Source of the DNA: Selaginella moellendorffii
Taxonomy: Eukaryota > Plantae > Lycopodiophyta
Assembly: GCF_000143415.4 (NCBI RefSeq)
Contig: NW_003314291.1
Location: 232,674 to 296,673, forward strand
Direction: 5' to 3'
DNA: 64,000 nt
In this document: positions 11,319 through 21,141 of the stretch, one piece after another
Layout of the letters: each line of letters opens with the position of its first letter
How positions within the stretch are numbered: the first letter of the stretch is position 1
Position numbers and translations under genes: made by a program
The notes under the pieces: generated by a model
What the model saw: only the letters and a program-made list of their open reading frames with translations
What the model was told of the DNA's origin: nothing
Databases searched by the model: none

Positions 11319-11356
11319 TGGAGATGTCGGGTATCGATCCCGGTGCCTCTTGCATG
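11319..11356 (-). tRNA. 3' half (nt 36-73) of tRNA-Ala(AGC), degenerate
   Basis: Minus strand reads CATGCAAGAGGCACCGGGATCGATACCCGACATCTCCA, followed by a T-rich tail; the ATCGATA T-loop with A54 is typical of eukaryotic tRNA-Ala. Confidence 0.88.
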
Positions 11357-11405
11357 AAGATAGCAATAATTCCAAAGTTTCTCCACATCGAATATCGAGA
11401 AACCT

Positions 11406-12652
11406 TTAAATGGATCTCTGATTCCATAGCAAAACCTCGTCGCTCCCCAACACCTCTACGATTTTGATGTCTCTAATGAGCCCATAGAGCTCTCCAAAAA
11501 CCGTAGAATTTGGATAGAGCATGATCCACTCGTCCCAAACTCGAGCCCACGAAAATCGTTCCTCCGACCACAGCATCTTGGAATTGAATGCCAATCCAGT
11601 CCACTCGTGAGCGGGGACACTTTGAACAATGCTGGTGTTGGAGGAATTGGACGAAAGCTCCCAGCCGTTGACTAGCTTCCCCGCAGAGCCAAAGGTTGTT
11701 CTTTGAGTGAAAACTCCATGTAAAGGTGGTGAGGTCCTTGCGAGACCTGCTGGGAATGCCGCTACCCTCGCCACCTTTTGGAGTTCGTCAAAGAGATGGA
11801 GGCTGGCGGTGCTGTGCTCGTCGATGAAGACGATGATGCCTTCCATCTTATTTTCTCGTATGAAACTGGCCAAAAAGATTGATCTGGTTTATAGCAAAGA
11901 TAACTCTAGAGAACTTACCTGAGACTTTGGATCCTTCTCGACAACGCCATGGAAGAAGCCAGATCATCCATCCGCGGCTCCAGCAGCGCAAACTTTGTAG
12001 CGCGGCTCCTCGAGAGAACCTCTCTCGTGGTGTCTCTTTGGTGATCATTCGTGAAATTGGAGCATTCCATGACGATCCACGAGATGGAGGCCCGCGAGGC
12101 CGCGCAAGCCAGAGTGTTTGCCATGGCCCCCAATCTGAGCAACACTTGCATTCTTCGCTCTCGCTGCTGGCCAACTTTGCAATCTCCCAGCGTGGTCACC
12201 ACGATCACCTCTTGCTTCTTGTTCATGAGCTCTTCCTCCTCAAACGCCCTTCTCTGCTCGAGCTGGACGCGATCCATGATCGCCTGTGCGGCGGCAAGCT
12301 CGCGCGGATTTGGGTGAGGCCAGGGGCGGACGATGATCGGGTGGCGACCCGGATGGACGCAACTCGAGGGGGAGGAGCTCGCCATCGTCTTGGGTGGACC
12401 GGCCGCGCTCATAGCCATTCTTGGAGCTCCTCCGGCTCCATGGCTAGCTATCGTGGACTCTAGCAACAGGGGTTGACCACGATTGGCGCGGTGGTAATCG
12501 CTGGAAGAAGAGAAGAGGATCAAGGAGAGCTCCATCCCCAGCATCAAGCTCGCGATGCAAGCCACTAGATGGACCGACACGCCCAACGCCGCGATCGACG
12601 AGAATCCACTGCTCCATCCACTCCAAATCATCAGAGAAGAGCCACTGCTCAT
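11406..12652 (-). CDS. Divergent GT43 glycosyltransferase, IRX14-like (xylan synthesis), 2 exons (intron 11866-11918)
   Basis: TM VHLVACIASLMLG; IRX14 signature GRHPIIVRPWPHPNPRE..AQAIMDRVQLEQ; also WIVME, EGIIVF, LFDELQKV, EWTGLAFNSKMLW and VEVLG..VLLW; the 53-bp intron joins the two ORFs in frame. Confidence 0.85.
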
Positions 12653-13030
12653 TGATTGCTAGCATTATCCTCCTCGAGAAAGAATCGATAGAAGAGAGAA
12701 AGAAGCTGGACAAGTCGATCGATCGATGGAGGAGAAACGCTGTGGAGGGCGTGAACTCACTCCTGGGGCGTGCGATGCCAGTGGCAGTGTTTCCTCAGTA
12801 CTAAAGTCACGGGCTTCATGGCATGGCCAACTTTCTTCCATTCTTTTTGATTAAATTTCCCTGCTTTGCAGGGTCTTTTTTCTTGTTTTTCTTTTTAATT
12901 TCTGCAAATGCCAGCAAAGGTGGCATAGCCCATCATTCTCTCCAAAGTGTTTGCCAACTCACACTAGCTATGGGGTTTTATTCATTCCACTGCCGTATGG
13001 ACCACCTGGCTGATACTATACGATCGTATA

Positions 13031-15241
13031 CTAAAAGTTGGCGGACTTCCCCGTGGAGACCAAAAGGTTCCTTCTCGCGAGAGGTGGCTTGCCTGGAGCT
13101 TTGACAAGCTTCTCCCTGAGCCACGATTCAGAGGGTCCTCTTGGAACCGGAAGAGCAATGCTAGCAGCATCGATCTCCTCCCGAAGATCACGACTATCAT
13201 CGCTCTCTCCCCAGTAGATCCTCGCGTTTGATGGAGATTTGTCGTGATCCTCGCGATCTTCGGCTTCTCCGAAGGGGTTGTTCTTCGATGATCTCGGTGT
13301 GACTGTAGAACTGGCTGTGATCTTGGTCTTGGAAGGCACGTAGATGAACAGCCGATCTTCCTCCACACGCTGCTTGGATCCCATTGACGAGAAGCTCTCG
13401 TCTGGGATCACCACGCCTGGATGAATGCCTCTCTCGTCCAGAGCGTTCGCGCTCTTATTCCTGGACGACTTGATCATCGTCTTGACGGGCTTGGCTGGAT
13501 CGAAAGTTTCCGTGAGAACTCCCTGCCGCATCTGATCGAGCGTGTCGAGGCAGAAAACTTTCTCCGTGGCCAGGCCGCCACTGTAGGAGTTCTGCCTCGA
13601 AGCTCGTCTCGAAAGTTGGATCGACGTGAGTGACTCGCTCGAATCGCTCTCGTTTCCATTCGCTGGATTGCTGGTAGCGTTCCTGCTGTTTGTCTGGAAC
13701 TTTGCGGCTGTTTTGCTGTCCGACTTGACGATGGGATACATTCGCTTGATGAACGTGGATCCAACTCGTCGGTCTCTCGGCATTCCCAGGAAGCCTTTGC
13801 TCTCCACCATGGCCGGAGATTTGAGACCGCCGCGGGATGGAGTGTAGCGGCAAGCCAAGTAACTGGTGTTCTTCCGAAACTCGCTCGATTCGTCCTCGAG
13901 ATCATTCTCATCGCGACCACCATCGCCACCCTGAAGGAAGCTCAAACTTGTGTCAAGAGTTTGGAATAAAAATGAAGAAACGTAAAAGAATTTGCTACTC
14001 ACCTCGTCACTCCACCACTCCGTGCTGCAGCTTTCATCACCGTCATCTTCGCAATCAAGACTTTCTCGTTCCACCTCCAACTTTTTCTTTGAAGCTCTCG
14101 CTCGTCGAGGAGAAGAAGAAGATCCCCTGCCTTCATTGCCGCTGGCTTGGATCATCCTGAGCAGCGGGAAGAAACCACAAACGCTGCCAACAATGGTGGT
14201 GTAGCGCTGGCTGGAGAGATCCCCGTCGCCACCCTCCGAGTCGCGAAGACCACCACTCCTCCTCGTCTCACTCCGAGAGTTTCCAGCATCGTCATGCATC
14301 TTGATCAGCTCTGCAAAGCTTTTCTTCTCCGGCCTTGGCGGTGGATGGTGGTGTTGTTCTTTGCGATACTGGTGGCCTTGCGGAGAAGGATGAGCGATCA
14401 AAGGCCTCCTCCACGCCAACTCTGTTTGCTGCTGCTGCGCCGTCTCGCGAGCCACCGCCTTGGCCGCCGGCAAGAACCTTTGCATGATCATATCTCGATC
14501 GCTGGAGTTATACTCCACCATAGCCATAGCCTCCTCTTCGTTGCAATCCCACTCGCCACCATCTTCTCGATCTTCTCCCTCTTCCTCTCCTCCCCCAAGC
14601 TCACTCACCATATAAGTTGGAGCAATCGACAGCGTCTCGGTGTGAGCAAAGTCCGACCTCGCGTCCGCGAACTCCAAGAAGCTCGTCGTCTCTTTCCTTC
14701 CTTTCTTCTTGCTCGTTGTCTCTGGAGGTGGAGCGAGCACCAGGGCAGTAGCAGTAGTAGCATCTGATTGCTCTCCACCATCGCCAGTCACAGCGCGATC
14801 GTCTCCCTCGCGAAGAGCGATGGATTCGATGGGTGGCAGCGGCGGTGGCAGCTCCCAAGTGAAGAATGGAACCAGAGGCCGCTGGCTGAAGCTACTGCTG
14901 CGCCGGGAAGTCCTGGCGGAATTGCGAGGATTGGGATCGCCGCGAGAGCCACATTCCCCGGGCGCTCCATCTCGATTCCTTCGCACCGACAGCAATGGCG
15001 CATTCAAATCCAGCTGCTTCTTACCGACATTGCTCGCGGGCGCGGGCGCCCTCTTTGCGTCCCCGACGCCGCGGAATTCCTCGCCCCAGATCCATGGCTT
15101 GAGCAGCCGCGCGTCGCCCGCCTCGACCTCGTTCTTGCACCCCCTGCCCTGGATTGGATAGAGTAAAAAAGAAGAAAGAGCGAATTTTAGATAGATTCCT
15201 TCTTCTTCCAAGACGAGATTTTGGCCAACCTTGTGAAGCAT
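13031..15241 (-). CDS. DUF688-family protein
   Basis: LDLNAPLLSVRR, VPFFTWE, IMQRFLPAAKAVA, CGFFP and PRGPSESWL motifs; probable in-frame intron 13931-14002; start at ATG 15241 is tentative. Confidence 0.8.
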   Translation of the reverse strand: MLHKVGQNLVLEEEGIYLKFALSSFLLYPIQGRGCKNEVEAGDARLLKPWIWGEEFRGVGDAKRAPAPASNVGKKQLDLNAPLLSVRRNRDGAPGECGSRGDPNPRNSARTSRRSSSFSQRPLVPFFTWELPPPLPPIESIALREGDDRAVTGDGGEQSDATTATALVLAPPPETTSKKKGRKETTSFLEFADARSDFAHTETLSIAPTYMVSELGGGEEEGEDREDGGEWDCNEEEAMAMVEYNSSDRDMIMQRFLPAAKAVARETAQQQQTELAWRRPLIAHPSPQGHQYRKEQHHHPPPRPEKKSFAELIKMHDDAGNSRSETRRSGGLRDSEGGDGDLSSQRYTTIVGSVCGFFPLLRMIQASGNEGRGSSSSPRRARASKKKLEVERESLDCEDDGDESCSTEWWSDEVSSKFFYVSSFLFQTLDTSLSFLQGGDGGRDENDLEDESSEFRKNTSYLACRYTPSRGGLKSPAMVESKGFLGMPRDRRVGSTFIKRMYPIVKSDSKTAAKFQTNSRNATSNPANGNESDSSESLTSIQLSRRASRQNSYSGGLATEKVFCLDTLDQMRQGVLTETFDPAKPVKTMIKSSRNKSANALDERGIHPGVVIPDESFSSMGSKQRVEEDRLFIYVPSKTKITASSTVTPRSSKNNPFGEAEDREDHDKSPSNARIYWGESDDSRDLREEIDAASIALPVPRGPSESWLREKLVKAPGKPPLARRNLLVSTGKSANF

Positions 15242-15976
15242 TCTTCCAGTCCAAGCGATTGCATTGACGAGGAATGGATTGCGCGCGGCGCTGCTAGAGC
15301 TCGTCCTCCATGAATCATAGAGGAAGAAAGGTTTGCTAGAAGATAGAAGAAGATAGAAGAGAGGTAATGTTCTTGGGAGTATGTGGTAAAAATTGCAAGG
15401 CTTTGGTACTAGCACGCGCGATAAATGCCAGCTCCAAAGCTTGGTTTTCACAACACACCACGACGAAAACACGATATGCCCAAGTCTGGTATCCGCTGGC
15501 TACTTCCCACCAAATCTCCTTCAAGGCCAATCTTTCTCCTCCCTCCATGGAAAACTTTTCCTCCTCTTATCTTTTCTTGCTTGGACTCCACGGGGGTTCG
15601 AATCTCACTTCCATACCGCTTAGCTTAGTTCGTTGCCACATCCTTTTCCGTGCCAAGCGACGGAGATTTCGCGAAACTCTCGTCGCTTTGATCGTCGCTT
15701 TTCTTTACGTTGCTCCACACAGAGATTGCTCGAGGAAAGCTGCCGCGCAGCGAATCTCTGCCGACATCTCACCAGACACACACGATAGACGAGAAAGTGA
15801 GACAAAAAAAGAACCAAAGAAAGCGTACGAAACACAGACAATCGAACCAACCTGGTTTTAAGGCATTCGTACGAAAGAATGGAGAACTTAGCTACGTGCC
15901 TGGAACTATATCTCTAGCTCTAGCTCGGTGGAATGTAAATGAATGAAGGAGAGCCCAAGTACCTTGCTCCGAGAAC

Positions 15977-17296
15977 TCACACCTTGGTGGCTGGGGGGAT
16001 TTCCTCCGGCTGCTGGATCTGCTGTGTGGACGACGAGGAGACTTTGTGGCTCACGTATCCATAGAACGTACATCCCAGCAGCGTTATCGTGCAGCCGATC
16101 CCGTTCATGACAGAGATTGGATTCCGGAACACAAACCACGACACCGCAATTGCCACCGCAACCTGCAAAGATAGTAGTAGAAATGGAGAGGTTAGAACGC
16201 AGCTCGAGACAGCTGACGAGCCAACGACCGGAGCTTTCTCTCTTTCTTTTTGAATTGAAATGTCTATAGCATACCTTTAAGTTGCCGGCGACATTGAATG
16301 TTAAAGCTGTCGTGGACTGGATCACGTAGAAAATCGAGAAGTTGAGACAAAAGGCCACAGCGCCAGAGCCGACGAGGACGAGAAGCGGCATGCCGAGAGA
16401 CTCCTGCTCCTGGATCCATCTTAAAACGCCGCCGCCTTCTACGAACGGTGCCACCAGACAAAGAACTGCTGCGGCGTTTGGAGCCATGTAGTAGACAGTG
16501 TTGATGCTGTGCAAAACCCAAACAGAGAAAAGAAGGCATCAGCTACAAACTTAAAACTCCGACAACGTTTCAACAATACCTGTCGAAGTTAAAGCCGTGT
16601 AGAAGCCTTTCTGCTAGGATTGTCTTCGTGGACGTAACCAGGCAGCCGAAGAAGGCAGCGAAGAAGCCAATTGTGTTGAAGCTAAGCTCCGTGAGCGAGG
16701 CCAGTAATATGCCACCCACAACAGGCAGCAGCGAGAGCCAGACTTTTCGATCGAACACCTTCCCCCAGACCAGCCACTGCAAGATCACTAATCCAAGTCC
16801 AGGTACAAGTAAACAAAACGAAAAAAAAAACCAGAAAACTTACGAGTTGTGGCTGGAGTGAGGGACTTGACCGTCTGCATGAAGGAAACCGGGATGTATT
16901 TCAGGCTCACATTACCCAGCACGATGTTGAGACAAAAGACAAGTGACATAGGGAGTATCCTCTGAGCGCGATCTACAGAATTTACATGGATCAGAGGTTT
17001 CAATCTCAACAAGCTTATACTGATGAAGGCTCCTACTGAAGAAACAACCAGGTGAATGATTGTTACTGTTAGAGGGAACTTAAACTCGAGAATCTGTCAA
17101 GCGGCATGCAAAGTCAGTGGAAGTAAACTTTTTTTCTTGTCTCTCGTATTTGTTCTTGGCTCTCTCTGTGTCTCTCTCTTTCACAAGCCAAAGTTACCTG
17201 AAAGATCCACTTATTTGAGACCACCGTCATAACGTTGAAACACCACCACAGAAGTATAGCACCAACACCCATGCTCAAGCTCCTCTTGCCTTCCAT
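15977..17296 (-). CDS. Nucleotide-sugar transporter (TPT/DMT family; UDP-galactose transporter/GONST5-like), multi-exon
   Basis: WWCFNVMTVVSNKWIFQ, FCLNIVLGNVSLKYIPVSFMQTVKS, TKTILAE, SINTVYYMAP and TTALTFNVAGNLK. Confidence 0.92.
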
Positions 17297-17953
17297 CTTG
17301 GAGCTCCTAGTCCCTCCTTTATCCTGCACACCAAGAGCAAAGGCATTAGAAAACCACTTCCTTCTCTCCAAACTTTTCTTTTGCTACACTTCTGACGGAG
17401 CCCATCTTTCCAATTCAGAGAAACGCTTCACAGATCTGCACCTGGAGCGAGCCAGCCGTTTTGCTCATCTCTCCTTGCGATAGCCCAAGCGAGCAACACT
17501 TTGCTCCACACAGCCGAAACAAGAAATGGTATACCTAGAAAAAGGAAAGGAAGAAAATGTTTGTACCTTGAAGCGGGACCGAAATGCTGGAAGGATCGAC
17601 CTTCCCGATCTTCCTGTAAGCTTGAAAAGTGAGTGATACAAGGAAGAAGCGAGAGAGAAGTAAAGAGAAAAGGTCTCGTACAACAATAGGAAATACATGA
17701 CAACCCACCAGAAGCTTACATCACTTTTATAGTCACACTCTCTTGCTTACTCGCTAAGGAGCAATGAACAGCTTTTTAGCGCGCTCACAGTTCGTTTTTT
17801 ATTCTCGCTGCTAGTACCTATGGAGAAAAATATAAAAACCCGTTATCATCATCTAAAGCCGAGAGAAGAATAGCAGACTACCACCACCATCGCATTGGCG
17901 CTTCTCCGCTTCTTTGCGCAGCGTGTGCGAATGCCAGCCTTCGGTTCGGTCGC

Positions 17954-19598
17954 TCACAGCTTGTGATAGTTCTTCTCGATTTTCTCAATCTGTACCAGGC
18001 GCTTCAAAAATTGCTGAACCTGCGAGCCCGCCAAGCTCAGCTTTTGAGAACCTTCCTTCCTCGGAAGTTGGATGTGATAGATCAACGTACCTCAGATGTG
18101 TCCCGTAACGAGTAAGTCGCTCCTGTTGCTTTTGGAACGTTGGAAACTAGGATCCCGTAGCCATTAAACTTGTTATTTAGTATCTGCACATGCACTGGAG
18201 TTTTAGACTGGAAAACCATGAGCTTGTACTTACCTCAAACGCATCTTCGTCCGTTCGATCATCCCCAATATAGACCGGCAGAACATCTCGGCTGTCGCCT
18301 AGGCCTTCAACCAAAGAAGTTTAAAGATCGCATCTTCAACAAAAAAGTAGCAAACACTTACCAAGAGCTTCTAGAAGATATTCGACTGCTTTTCCTTTGT
18401 CCCATTTTATGGATGGACGGATTTCGAGTACCTAAAAGTTTGAAACCAAGTCACGCAATGTCTAAAACAAAAAAGATAGACAAAATCACAAGCGGCACAA
18501 ACCTTTCGGCCGTGCGTTATGGATAATTCAGGATATCTCTTCAAAACGCTCTGAACTTCCTGAGCTAGAAATTGCCAATCCTGTAACGGCTTCCGGTTGT
18601 AGACAAAAGAAAAAGACAAGACAACTCCCACCTGTTCTCTGACTTGGCGGAAATGTACGCTAAGACAAAACTTGTTGTCCTCAACGCGGGCTCCCTCAAT
18701 GAAACTCATCTGCCTTTCCAAAATGTCGAAAACCTCCCTCATTGTGGTAAGAAATCTACTGGCGGGTTGAAAGAAAACCACGTCTTCTCCCTGCACAGTT
18801 TTACGTGAAAATACTGGCACACGGAAAAATATCAAACCTCTTGATTTTTTGTCAGTGTTCCAGAAACAGTGACACCATGAGAACCTTTGGCAGGTCCCAT
18901 AATATCCATCCCGTGGCTGCCTGCGTAGTAAAGTTCTGGCAGCTGAACAAATTCATACACCTGTAACATCAAAATCAGAAGATTAGGAGTTGCAAATATA
19001 TATATGATTCACCTTCTCTCTGGATCTTCCAGTAATTATCGATGTCGGGTACAGCTTAGCCACGCTCTTCACTGCCGATCGCATCTGAAACCGAAGAATT
19101 ACTTCACAACCAGGAAGCAAAACACATGTATTTTATTTTACCTCCGTTGACATGAATGCCCGCGCAGGATCTTCAACAATGGGTGACAAAGTTCCATCGT
19201 AATCGAGGAACAACGCAAGTTGCCTTCCTTTCAGAGCATCGACAATTTCTTCGAATGAGTCCAAAGCCGATGGATGTTCCACCTGCGCAATCAGATTCGA
19301 AGTAGTACCTTGCAAATCATAAAAAGAACAGAGCACTCACGACCCAGTCCAAGTAGTCAGGATTTCCAGGAAGTCGATGCCCCTCCTTAAGCGCGTCTAT
19401 GTGAGCCTCTTCCTTAGAACGTGGAGGCGAGCTAGCTCTCATGACAGTAAGGCAGCCGTTGACAGAATCGCTTTGCACAGAAGTTTTCTTCCAGGCTGCA
19501 GAAAAATGAGCAAACAAAGGGCCCGATGGAGGTGAACATTTCGATGGGAAAGTTGCAGCTTCTGTGAAGAGAATTGCCTGCTCGGAACTCAAAGGCAT
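17954..19598 (-). CDS. TPP: Trehalose-6-phosphate phosphatase, multi-exon; 5' UTR probably intron-containing up to ~20500
   Basis: [64 protein letters not shown] and [12 protein letters not shown]. Confidence 0.95.
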
Positions 19599-20534
19599 GG
19601 CTGCAAGCGGCAGTCAAGCTGTACGAAGGATCCCCTGCGACCTTAGATACTTCGTGCAGCTTGTTTCCTAGGAGGAAGAACAGAGAACTGGTTCAAAACC
19701 AAAGCAATTTATCGCCACCACACAGCAACAAACAAGACTTGTCGAAATAATGGACTACAATGTAGGAGCGAAAGCTACACTGCCAAAGTGGACCAGTAGA
19801 CAGGCAACAGCGCAACTAGGAAAAAAACCGAAGATAATAAAATTTACCTCTTGCTTTAGATACGACGATCCTTTAATACTGTACTATCTTTGATACGTAA
19901 CTATAGCTTAAAAGTCTGAAGTATGATCCAAACAAAATTGCACTTCCGAATCTGCGATGACAACATGAGCTCCCCGTAAGCAACAACAATAATGCACGCT
20001 ACGAATCACTTAAAAACTCCCAGACGCAGACACGGGAGCTAGAACAAAAGAAAAGAAAGAAAAAGAGTTGCCACAGTTTCATACATAACTCACGTACAAA
20101 CAGGACCAAGTCGACGTAGCGTATATATGCCAAGAAATCCACACACACAGACAGTAAAAATTTAGGGATCCCATCACACAGGGAGGGAAATGCAGCTGGC
20201 TCTCACCAGAAATTCAAGCAGCCAGCCAAACTCTGGAAAAGCGAGAGACGAAAAGAAAGAACGCCCATCCTAGTCGAGGACAATGACAATGAATGCGGAC
20301 CAGACCTGACCTGACCTCACCCCGCCTTGCCTGCTCTGGCCCGCGCCTCCAACAAATCCTGGAAATATCAGCCTGGCGCCAGGATCAAGTCACGCAATTC
20401 GAGCAATTCGTGGCCAGATCGACGAAATCTTTCACGAAGGACGAAGAACCCTAGAAATCCTCGCCCGAGGGAGGCGGAGGCGGAGGACTCCGAGAATGCC
20501 AAAGAGAAGAAAGAGGGGGAAAACCAAACGAAAT

Positions 20535-20762
20535 ACTATATTTATAAGCAAAGGTAATTGGAGCACGTGGCACAACGTGAGTCGTTAATCCGTTGGCGGC
20601 CGATGGCCTCCATTCCCTCTCACACTCGTGCGCGCTTTACACTGTTGGATTAAGACAAATCCGACGGCTGGCCGATGCACTTTTGCCAGTTAGGCGGATA
20701 TTCTGTCTCCAAGTGGCACCTTTTAAACCTTGCGTCGGGCATATTATATATAGCCACGTGGG
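20535..20762 (-). promoter_or_regulatory. TPP promoter: TATA box and G-box/ABRE motifs
   Basis: TATAAATATA on the minus strand at ~20540-20548; CACGTGGC at ~20564; GCCACGTG at ~20753. Confidence 0.5.
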
Positions 20763-21141
20763 CCCAAGAGCAATATTCTTTATAGATTATTAGAAAGAAC
20801 GCGAGTGGAGTTGGCACAATGTGAATGGGCCAGATAATCAATAGGAAATTCCTAATTATTGGCGGGAATAGAAGCATCGCATTGTAGAAGAATCATAGAG
20901 ATTTTAATAATCGAAAGAATCAGGTAAAGGACCAACAGTGAAGATTCTTGGGATATCTTGACCTTCCGTATCGTTTGGTATTTCGTACGGGGAGGCTACC
21001 TTTAAACTTGTTAATTACCACAAGTCAAAAGGTTTAATAGAAGTGGTATAATAGAATATTCTCTTTATTGTATTTTCGTGAGAACTTGGCTAGGGTTTAA
21101 GCGCGTCGCCTAGGTCGCGGAGGAAGGGATGAGCTGATCCA

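Noticed and set aside
10564-11356. Functional, expressed permuted tRNA gene
   Set aside because: One mismatch in every stem, a T-run right after the 3' half, and a 35/36 junction with no evident bulge-helix-bulge; retained only as a structural relic
19599-20500. Conserved-peptide uORF known from some angiosperm TPP 5' leaders
   Set aside because: I translated the likely leader segments by eye and found no matching peptide; not exhaustively excluded
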